From an uncultured Actinomycetes bacterium (GTDB lineage Bacteria > Actinomycetota > Thermoleophilia > Solirubrobacterales > Solirubrobacteraceae), in the NCBI GenBank assembly GCA_963823375.1, contig CAWGLQ010000007.1, positions 362-64,361 on the forward strand: a stretch of 64,000 nucleotides of DNA. The letters run 5' to 3'. The translations under genes and the position numbers were made by a program. Shown one piece after another: positions 39,836 to 49,201 of the stretch (position 1 is its first letter; every line of letters begins with the position of its first letter). Below the pieces are notes generated by a model. The model was given only the letters and a program-made list of their open reading frames with translations. It had not been told where the DNA came from and made no database searches.

Positions 39836-40801
39836 ATGCGCAAGCTGCTCACGACCACGCCGCGCCGCTACCACCACGTCGCCACCGCCGCGCTCGTCCT
39901 CCTGACGCTCATCGTCTTCAGCGGATCGGCCGTACGGCTCACGGGCTCCGGCCTGGGCTGCGAGGGCTGGCCGGCCTGCGAGGAGGGCAAGCTCGTCGCC
40001 CCGCTGCAGACCCACGCGATCATCGAGTTCACCAACCGCGTCTTCTCGGGCATCGTCGCGATCGGGACGATCGCCGCCGGCCTGCTCGCGTTCTTCCGCG
40101 TCCCGCCGCGGCGCGACCTGAAGATCCTCGGCCTGCTGCTGCCGCTCGGGGTCGTCGCCCAGGCCGTCCTCGGCGGGCTGAGCGTCGTGTACGACCTCAA
40201 GCCCGGGTTCGTGATGGGCCACTACGCGCTGTCCCTCGTCCTGCTGATCGCCGCGTGGGCGCTCTACTGGCGCTCGAAGCCCGAGTATGAGCAGGGGCTC
40301 ATCGAGCCCGGCGCCCCGGACCGCCTCACGATGTGGGTCACGCGCCTGCTGGTCCCGCTCGGCGCGCTGATGGTCGTCGCCGGCACAGCGGCCACGGCCG
40401 CGGGCCCGCACGCGGGCGGCTCGGGCACGGGCGACCTCGTCGAGCGGCTCTACGTGAAGGGCAGCGACACGCTGAGCTGGGCCGTCGGCAAGCACACGAC
40501 GATCGGCATCGTCTTCGGCATCGCGGCGGTCGCCGCGCTCGGGGTCGCCTGGTACCGCCAGGCCTCGCCGAAGCTCGTCCGGGCGCTGACGACGATCGTC
40601 GTCCTGCTCGGCGTGCAGGGCCTGATCGGCGCCATCCAGTACCAGTCGAAGCTGCCCGCCGAGCTCGTGTGGGTCCACGTCTGCCTGGCGACCATCACGT
40701 GGGTGGCGCTCCTGTGGGCCTGGAGCGTCGCCGGGACGCCCGTCCGCGAGGAGTCCCCGGCAGTCGCACCCGCGCAGGGCGGGGCCGCCTCCGCCGCGTG
40801 A
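39836..40801 (+). CDS. ctaA: heme A synthase (COX15/CtaA family)
   Basis: Intact 321-aa ORF. VRLTGSGLGCEGWPAC...HAIIEFTNRV...VVMGHYALSLVLL...HAGGSGTGD...WVHVCLATITW, 8 helices with the conserved His/Cys pattern of CtaA. Confidence 0.85.
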   Translation: MRKLLTTTPRRYHHVATAALVLLTLIVFSGSAVRLTGSGLGCEGWPACEEGKLVAPLQTHAIIEFTNRVFSGIVAIGTIAAGLLAFFRVPPRRDLKILGLLLPLGVVAQAVLGGLSVVYDLKPGFVMGHYALSLVLLIAAWALYWRSKPEYEQGLIEPGAPDRLTMWVTRLLVPLGALMVVAGTAATAAGPHAGGSGTGDLVERLYVKGSDTLSWAVGKHTTIGIVFGIAAVAALGVAWYRQASPKLVRALTTIVVLLGVQGLIGAIQYQSKLPAELVWVHVCLATITWVALLWAWSVAGTPVREESPAVAPAQGGAASAA

Positions 40802-41982
40802 TGCCCCGCTGGGGCGTCGCCACCATCTGCGACCGCTCGCGGCTGCCGATGGCGCGCGTCATCGCTTCGTCGCTGCGGCGCCACAACCCGGACGTCCCGT
40901 GCCTGGTGCTGCTCGCGGACGTTCCCGGGGACGAGCCGCGTGAGGACGCCTACGAGCTGCTCGTCGCCGCCGAGCTGGGGATCCCGGGGTTCGCGCAGAT
41001 GGCCTTCCGCTGCGAGCGCGAGGAGCTCAGCTACGCGCTGACCCCGCACCTCCTGCGGCACCTGCTCGGGCGCGGCGACCTCGACGCGGTGCTCTTCCTC
41101 AAGCAGGAGTCGCTGGTCGTCGGCGACCTGGGGCCGGTGCTCGCGCCGCTGGTGGACGGGGGCGTCGTGCTGACGCCGCACCTGCTCGGCCCGCTGCACG
41201 GGGCCGACGGCGTCGAGCGCGAGCGCCTCGTCTCCTGCTCGGGCGTGTTCAACGGCGGCGTGCTGGGCGTCGCCCGCCGCGACCCGGGGCCGGCGTTCCT
41301 GGACTGGTGGGCCGAGCGCATCGGCGACGAGTGCGTGTACGACATCCCGGCGGGCCTGCACTACGAGCAGCGCTGGCTGGACCTCGCGCCGACCCTGTTC
41401 GACGGGGTGCGCATCCTGCGTGACCCGGCGGCGAACGTCGGCCACTGGAGCATGCGCGAGCACGCCGTCACGGTCGACGGTGACGCCGTCCTCGTCGACG
41501 GCCTGCCCGGCCGGGTCGTGCGCTTCAGCGGCTACGAGCCCGAGCATCCGGAGCGCGTCACCCGCTACGCGGAGCACCCGACCCGCGAGGAGATCGGCGG
41601 CGCGGCGGCGGTCCTCGACACCTACCGTGAGGCGCTGCTCGCCGCCGGTCACGCCGCCGCGAGGAGCGCGCCCTACGAGTACGACCACTTCGCCGACGGC
41701 GTGACGGTTCCCCGCATCGCCCGGGAGCTGCACCGCGAGCTCGGCGACGAGGCGCAGCGGTTCGGCGATCCGTTCGCGGTCGGCCCCGGGACGTTCCGCG
41801 AGTGGCTGCGCGAGCCGCTCGGCGAGGGCCCGCCGGTGACGCGGCTGTGGGACGCCGTCTGGCACCGGCGCACCGACCTGCAGGCCGCGATGCCGGACCA
41901 CCTCGGCGACGACCGCAAGGCGTTCTCGGCGTGGCCGCGGACGTCCGGCATGGCCGAGTACGGGGTGCCCGGTGACTTCTGA
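40801..41982 (+). CDS. GT-A (GT8-like) fold protein, paralog of the N-terminal domain of 35826..38595; DxD motif apparently lost
   Basis: ATG at 40801 shares its A with the ctaA stop (TGATG). VATICDRSRLPMARVIASSLRRHNP...; YEQRWLDLAPTLF; ANVGHWSM. At the DxD position it reads VLFLKQESLVVGD. Intact 393 aa. Confidence 0.6.
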   Translation: MPRWGVATICDRSRLPMARVIASSLRRHNPDVPCLVLLADVPGDEPREDAYELLVAAELGIPGFAQMAFRCEREELSYALTPHLLRHLLGRGDLDAVLFLKQESLVVGDLGPVLAPLVDGGVVLTPHLLGPLHGADGVERERLVSCSGVFNGGVLGVARRDPGPAFLDWWAERIGDECVYDIPAGLHYEQRWLDLAPTLFDGVRILRDPAANVGHWSMREHAVTVDGDAVLVDGLPGRVVRFSGYEPEHPERVTRYAEHPTREEIGGAAAVLDTYREALLAAGHAAARSAPYEYDHFADGVTVPRIARELHRELGDEAQRFGDPFAVGPGTFREWLREPLGEGPPVTRLWDAVWHRRTDLQAAMPDHLGDDRKAFSAWPRTSGMAEYGVPGDF

Positions 41983-42982
41983 GGGAGCCGTCGTCACGAC
42001 GACGGTGAACGCGGCGCATCTCCCGCGGGCACGGGTCCTCGCGGCGTCGCTGCGCCGCCTGCACCCCGAGGTCCCGTTCGTCGTGCTGCTGCTCGACGAG
42101 CCGGACGCGCGCGCCGACCCGTTCGAGGTGCTGCTGCCCGGTGACATCCCCGGCACGCAGATCCGGGACATCGTCTTCCGCTACGAGGGACGCGTCGCTG
42201 CCGCCGCAAGCAAGCCGTACGCGATGCGTCACCTGCTCGAGCGCGGACACCGGCGCGTCTTCCACCTCGACGCCGACACCATCGTCACCGGCGACCTGGG
42301 CCCGCTGCTGGACGCGCTGGACGAGGCGTCGATCGTCCTCACGCCGCATCTGCTCACGCCGGCGAGCGGGCCGGACGCGCGCGCCCGTGAGCTCATGCTC
42401 GTCCGTGCGGGGGTGCTGAACACCGGCGTCCTGGGCGTCCGCGCGGATGCGGCGGGCGAGGCCTTCCTCGAGTGGTGGATGGAGCGGACGCTGACGCACT
42501 CCGTCGCGGACCTCGACAACGGCCTGCACCTGGACCAGCGCTGGGTCGACCTCGCGCCCGGCATGTTCGACGGTGTGCACATCCTCCGCGACCCGGGGGT
42601 GAACGTCGCCTACTGGAACCTCGCCGAGCGCCCGCTGCGGGTCGAGGGCGACCGCATCACCGCCGGCGGGCATCCGTGCCGCCTGCTCCACGCGAGCGGC
42701 TACGACGTGCGGCACCCCGCGCGTCTCAGCGCGTACGCGCCCGAGCTCCCCGCGGAGGGCGCGGTGGCGGGGCTGCTGGAGCGCTACCGGCGCGAACTGC
42801 TGGAGGCCGGGGAGGCGGAGGTGCAGGGCCGGCCGTGGGCGTTCGACCGCTGGGCCGACGGCACGCCGATCCCGCCCGAGGCCCGTGAGGCCCACCGGCT
42901 CCTCGGCGCGGCCGCCGACCGCTTCGGTGATCCCTTCGCGGTCGGCCCCGGGAGCTTCCGGGCCTCACTCGCCGGCTCCTGA
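41972..42982 (+). CDS. GT-A (GT8-like) fold putative glycosyltransferase, third paralog
   Basis: Intact 336-aa ORF overlapping the upstream gene by 11 nt. VTTTVNAAHLPRARVLAASLRRLHP...VFHLDADTIVTGD (DxD)...LDQRWVDLAPGMF...VNVAYWNL. Confidence 0.65.
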   Translation: MTSEGAVVTTTVNAAHLPRARVLAASLRRLHPEVPFVVLLLDEPDARADPFEVLLPGDIPGTQIRDIVFRYEGRVAAAASKPYAMRHLLERGHRRVFHLDADTIVTGDLGPLLDALDEASIVLTPHLLTPASGPDARARELMLVRAGVLNTGVLGVRADAAGEAFLEWWMERTLTHSVADLDNGLHLDQRWVDLAPGMFDGVHILRDPGVNVAYWNLAERPLRVEGDRITAGGHPCRLLHASGYDVRHPARLSAYAPELPAEGAVAGLLERYRRELLEAGEAEVQGRPWAFDRWADGTPIPPEAREAHRLLGAAADRFGDPFAVGPGSFRASLAGS

Positions 42983-43080
42983 GCGCCCGCGCGCGCGATT
43001 CCGTCCGCAAACACCGGGAAGGTTCGCGATGCAGCGTTGCGTGCCCCGGCCCGCCGCTGTTCGATCAGGGAGAGGAACGG

Positions 43081-43216
43081 ATGGATCGTCCGATCATCTA
43101 TGCCAGCAGCGTCACCCGGCGGCAGGCCCGCTGGCGCCGCGCACGGCGCCGCGGGACGCTGCTCGGCCCGCGCCTGGCGATGCTCGCCGTCGGTGCCTCG
43201 GCGTGCGCCTTCGCGA

Positions 43217-43242
<26 letters not shown>
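43081..43242 (+). CDS. candidate small membrane protein (53 aa), not in ORF track
   Basis: ATG at 43081 preceded by GGGAGAGGAACGG (Shine-Dalgarno-like). [53 protein letters not shown], stop TAG 43240-43242. An Arg-rich N-terminus is followed by one hydrophobic helix. It overlaps the lon 3' end by 26 nt. Confidence 0.4.
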
Positions 43243-45567
<2,325 letters not shown>

Positions 45568-45613
45568 GGGGCTCTCCGGGGCGACGTGGAAGTTGCTTGC
45601 GCAACGGTAGCAC

Positions 45614-45640
45614 AGATCTCAGTCCGGTCCGCTGAGATCT
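45614..45640. promoter_or_regulatory. perfect 9-bp inverted repeat AGATCTCAG-N9-CTGAGATCT in the lon / PqqD-operon divergent intergenic region
   Basis: Read directly at 45614-45622 and 45632-45640. It is flanked by TTGC..GCAA mini-palindromes at 45593-45604 and 45645-45655. The region is visibly less GC-rich than its surroundings. Confidence 0.5.
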
Positions 45641-45720
45641 TCTATTGCGCTGCAAAGGGGGCCGGAAACCGGGCGGATCGGCGCGTCCCCGGTGGCCTTC
45701 CGGCTTGTACGATCCGCCGC

Positions 45721-46170
45721 GTGAACGATGGAGTGCAGGGGGCGCCGCTCTTCGCCACGATCCGCCGCCCGGATGTCATCGACGAGGTCTTCGAGGGGGA
45801 GGCCGTCGTCGTCAACCTCGCCACGGGCGTCTACTTCGCCCTGAACGCGGACGCCACGCGCGTCTGGCGCGCCGTCGCCGCCGGTGCGCCCTGCGGCCCT
45901 GTCGCGCAGGAGGTCGCCGCCGAGACCGGCGCGGACCCGGCCGCCGTGCAGGCCGTCCTCGACGCGTTCCTCACCGACCTCGCCGGCCACGCGCTCGTCA
46001 CGCTCGAGGGCGCGGCGTCCGCCGGAGGGCCGCCGGTCGCCGACGTCCCGTTCGCCCCGCAGCTGCAGGCGTTCAGCGACATGGAGGATCTGCTCCTCCT
46101 GGATCCCATCCACGACATCGACGTCGACGGGACCGGATGGCCACGAGCGCCCGCGCCGATCGTCCCCTGA
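45721..46170 (+). CDS. PqqD-family (RiPP recognition element-like) protein with C-terminal extension
   Basis: GTG at 45721 (or 45733). PLFATIRRPDVIDEVFEGEAVVVNLATGVYFALNADATRVWRAVAAGAPCGPVAQEVAAETGADPAAVQAVLDAFLTDLAGHALV has the PqqD-like pattern (beta strands then winged helix). The tail is FAPQLQAFSDMEDLLLLDPIHDIDVDGTGWP. Confidence 0.7.
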   Translation: MNDGVQGAPLFATIRRPDVIDEVFEGEAVVVNLATGVYFALNADATRVWRAVAAGAPCGPVAQEVAAETGADPAAVQAVLDAFLTDLAGHALVTLEGAASAGGPPVADVPFAPQLQAFSDMEDLLLLDPIHDIDVDGTGWPRAPAPIVP

Positions 46171-47209
46171 GCGACGCCGGCGGCGCGCTCGCGGCCTTCG
46201 CCGCGCGCGCCTTCGCGGCCGCCGACGCGTGCAGTGCTCAGCCGGCGGCCACGCTCGCACCTCGCGCCCGGCGGCGTGCGGACGCGCGTCCGGGTCGCCG
46301 GGGCCGAGCTCGCGCGCAAGCTGACGCCCTCGCTGCTGCCGTTCGCGGTCGCCGACCCCGGCGAACCGCAGATCGACCTGCTCGCGCTCGACACGACGGC
46401 GAGCGGCGCCGCGCCCCCGCCTCCGCCGTGGCCGCGCGACGCCTACCGCCCGCGCGACGAGATCGCGGGGTTCGGCTCCGAGCGACCTGGAGGTCGCCTA
46501 CTCCCTGCACCCGGGGACGCTGCACCTGTGGGACGAGGACCGCGGGCGCGGCCTGCTGTGGACGCACGACGCCGCGAGCCAGCCGGCGTGGGACGTCGCG
46601 GCGCCGCTGCGGACCATCCTGCGCTGGGGCCTGCGCGGGCGCGGGCTCGCCGTCGTGCACGGCGCCGTCGTCGGCGACGAGCGCGGCGGGCTGCTGCTCG
46701 TCGGCGCCGGCGGCTCGGGCAAGTCGACGACCGCGCTGACGGCGGCGCTGGCGGGCATGCGGTACGTCGGCGACGACCACTGCGCCGTCGCGCTCGGCGA
46801 TCCGCTCGTCGCCCACGGCCTCTACGCGATCGGGAAGGCCGACGCGGCGACGATGGCGCTGCTGCCCGGGCTCGAGCCGCTCGCGGGCGACCTGCCGCTG
46901 ACCTACGAGGGCAAGCGCCTGCTCGACCTCTCGCGGTCGGGCGCGCTGGCGCAGCAGCTTGCGCTGCGCGCGATCGTGCTGCCGCACGTCGCGGCGGCGA
47001 CCGGGCGGCCCGTCCCCGTGACGCCGGGCGAGGCGCTCGCGGCGCTCGCGCCGACGACGCTCGTGCAGCTCCCCGGCAGCCGCGCCGCCGACGGCGCCGC
47101 GATGGCGCGGCTCGCGGCGACGCTGCCGGCCCGCCGGCTGGCGGTCGGCCCGGGCCCCGAGACGGTCGTCGCGGCGCTGCAGGAGATCCTCGGCGAGGTC
47201 GCCGGGTGA
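46137..47209 (+). pseudogene. HPr kinase-related P-loop kinase (HprK-like), two frame breaks
   Basis: ATG at 46137 (34-nt overlap with the upstream ORF): MATSARADRPLSDAGGALAAF... (break near 46260) / VRTRVRVAGAELARKLTPSLLPFAVADPGEPQIDLLALD...EIAGFGSE (break near 46485) / DLEVAYSLHPGTLHLWDEDRG...LAVVHGAVVGDERGGLLLVGAGGSGKSTTALTAALAGMRYVGDDHCAV (Walker A in HprK-like context), ORF 46655..47209. Confidence 0.7.
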
Positions 47210-47847
47210 GCGCGGACCTCAGCGTCGTCGTCCCCGTCCGTGACGGCGCCGCGACGCTCGAGGCCGCCCTGCGCAGCATCGTCGGCCGTGCCGAGGGCCT
47301 GGCCGAGATCGTCGTCGTCGACGACGGCTCGCGCGATGGGAGCGGCGCGCTCGCCGAGGCGATCGGCGGGCCGGTGCGGGTGCTGCGCCAGGAGGGGCGC
47401 GGCGCCGGGGCGGCGCGCAACGCCGGGGTCGCCGCGGCGCGCGGGAGCCTGCTCGGCTTCCTCGACGCCGACGACGAGTGGCTCGCCGGAGCCCCCGATC
47501 CGCGCCGGGCGCTGCTCGCCGCCGAGCCGGGCGCGATCGCGTTCGGGGGCGTGTGCGTGCAGCGCGGCGAGCACGAGCAGACCGGCCCGCTGTGGGTGTT
47601 CGGCGCCGCGCTGATGCGCCCGGAGACGTTCACGCGCGTGGGGCCGATCGACGAGACGCTGCTCGGCGGGGACGAGGACCTCGACTGGTTCCTGCGCGCA
47701 CGCGAGGCGGGTGTCGACCTTCGTCACGTCCCGGACGCGGTCGTGCGCTACGTGCGCCGCGAGGGCTCGCTCGCGGCCGATCCTGATCGCGGGCTCCTGA
47801 GCGGCCTGCACCGGTCGATCCGCCGGCGCGCGGAGGCGGACGCGTGA
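47206..47847 (+). CDS. small soluble GT2 glycosyltransferase (1 of 3 tandem paralogs)
   Basis: GTG at 47206 overlaps the kinase stop (GTGA). LSVVVPVRDGAATLEAALRSIV...[16 protein letters not shown]...GAGAARNAGVAAARGSLLGFLDADDEWL. 213 aa, no TM segment. Confidence 0.8.
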   Translation: MSADLSVVVPVRDGAATLEAALRSIVGRAEGLAEIVVVDDGSRDGSGALAEAIGGPVRVLRQEGRGAGAARNAGVAAARGSLLGFLDADDEWLAGAPDPRRALLAAEPGAIAFGGVCVQRGEHEQTGPLWVFGAALMRPETFTRVGPIDETLLGGDEDLDWFLRAREAGVDLRHVPDAVVRYVRREGSLAADPDRGLLSGLHRSIRRRAEADA

Positions 47848-48530
47848 GCGGGCCCCGCGTCAGCGTCGTCATGGCGGTCCTCAACGGCGCCGACCGGCTG
47901 CCGCAGGCGCTCGCGAGCATCCGCGAGCAGACCGTCCCGGTGGACGAGATCATCCTCGTGGACGGCGGCTCGGTCGACGGGACGCGGGAGATCGCCGCGG
48001 GCGCGGCGGACGTGCGCCTCGTCGACCAGGACGGCCCGGCGATCGCGAGCGCCTACAACACCGGGATCCGTGAGGCGGCGGGCACGCACGTCGCGTTCCT
48101 CGCCCATGACGACCTCTGGCTGCCGCGCAAGCTCGAGCTGCAGCTCGCGCGGCTGGGCGCGCCGCCGCCCGCGGACGCCGCCGTCGGCCACGCGCAGTTC
48201 GTGCTCGAGCCGGGCGACGAGCCGCCGCCCGGGTTTCGCGCCGAGCTGCTCGACGGCCCGCGGCCGGCGCGGATCATGGAGACGCTGCTCGCGCCGCGCG
48301 CGGTGTTCGAGCGCGTCGGGCCGTTCCGCCCGGAGGTCTCGCCCGCCGACGACACCGACTGGTTCGCCCGCGCGCAGGACCTGGGCGTGCGCGTCGCCGT
48401 CGTGCCCGAGGTCATCCTGCGCAAGCGCGTGCACGGTGCCTCGACCGCCCACACCGACGCCGGCACGCACGCCGGGCTGCTCAGCGCGATGCGCGAGTCG
48501 ATCGCGCGCAAGCGGGCGTCGGCGGCGTGA
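47844..48530 (+). CDS. small soluble GT2 glycosyltransferase (2 of 3)
   Basis: Intact 228-aa ORF with a 4-nt overlap. VSVVMAVLNGADRLPQALASIREQTVPVDEIILVDGGSVDGTREIA...AFLAHDDLWLPRKL. Confidence 0.8.
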   Translation: MSGPRVSVVMAVLNGADRLPQALASIREQTVPVDEIILVDGGSVDGTREIAAGAADVRLVDQDGPAIASAYNTGIREAAGTHVAFLAHDDLWLPRKLELQLARLGAPPPADAAVGHAQFVLEPGDEPPPGFRAELLDGPRPARIMETLLAPRAVFERVGPFRPEVSPADDTDWFARAQDLGVRVAVVPEVILRKRVHGASTAHTDAGTHAGLLSAMRESIARKRASAA

Positions 48531-49201
48531 ACGTCTCGGCCGTCGTCCCGGTGCGCGACGGGCGCGCGTATCTGGCGCAGGCGCTGGAGAGCCTGCGGGC
48601 GCAGAGCGCACCGCCGCTGGAGATCCTCGTCGTCGACGACGGCTCGGAGGACGACAGCGCCGATGTCGCCGCGGCGATCCCGGGCGTGCAGGTCGTGCGG
48701 CGGCCCGCCGAGGGCCCGGCCGCGGCGCGGAACGCGGGCGTGGAGCTCGCGCGCGGCGAGGCCATCGCGTTCCTCGACGCCGACGACCTCGCCGAGCCGT
48801 CGCGGCTCGCGATCCAGGGCGCGCTGCTCGCCGCCGACCCGGAGCTGCTCGGGGTCTCCGGGCTCATGCACACGTTCCTCACGCCGGAGCGGGAGGACGA
48901 GCTCCGTGGCCGGTACGCCTGCCCGCCCGAGGCGCTGCGGTCGTACACGCCCGGGACGCTGCTGATCCGGCGCGCGGCGTTCCTGGCCACCGGAGGCCTG
49001 GACACGAGCCTCAGCGGGGGCGAGGTCGTCGACTGGGTCCGCCGCTGCCGCGCCGACGGCCTGCGGTTCCACGAGCACGACGACGTCGTCCTGCGGCGCC
49101 GGATCCACGGGGACAACCTGTCGCTGCGCCGCGAGCAGCTGCACGCCGGGTACCTCGCCGCGGCGCGCGCGGCGGTCGCACGCCGCGGGGCGGCGTCGTG
49201 A
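48527..49201 (+). CDS. small soluble GT2 glycosyltransferase (3 of 3)
   Basis: Intact 224-aa ORF with a 4-nt overlap. VSAVVPVRDGRAYLAQALESLRAQSAPPLEILVVDDGSEDDSADVA...GPAAARNAGVELARGEAIAFLDADDL. Confidence 0.8.
   Translation: MNVSAVVPVRDGRAYLAQALESLRAQSAPPLEILVVDDGSEDDSADVAAAIPGVQVVRRPAEGPAAARNAGVELARGEAIAFLDADDLAEPSRLAIQGALLAADPELLGVSGLMHTFLTPEREDELRGRYACPPEALRSYTPGTLLIRRAAFLATGGLDTSLSGGEVVDWVRRCRADGLRFHEHDDVVLRRRIHGDNLSLRREQLHAGYLAAARAAVARRGAAS

Noticed and set aside
45614-45640. Identifying the lon-upstream palindrome as a CIRCE (HrcA) or HAIR (HspR) heat-shock operator
   Set aside because: As I remember them, the arms are TTAGCACTC-N9-GAGTGCTAA (CIRCE) and CTTGAGT-N7-ACTCAAG (HAIR). The arms here, AGATCTCAG/CTGAGATCT, do not match either in sequence or arm orientation.
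45586-45720. In-frame N-terminal extension of the PqqD-like ORF (VEVACATVAQISVRSAEIFYCAAKGAGN...) as a fused leader or precursor peptide
   Set aside because: Third-codon-position GC in this stretch is only about 60%, against well over 90% in the neighbouring genes. The stretch also coincides with the palindromic regulatory region, so it is most likely non-coding.
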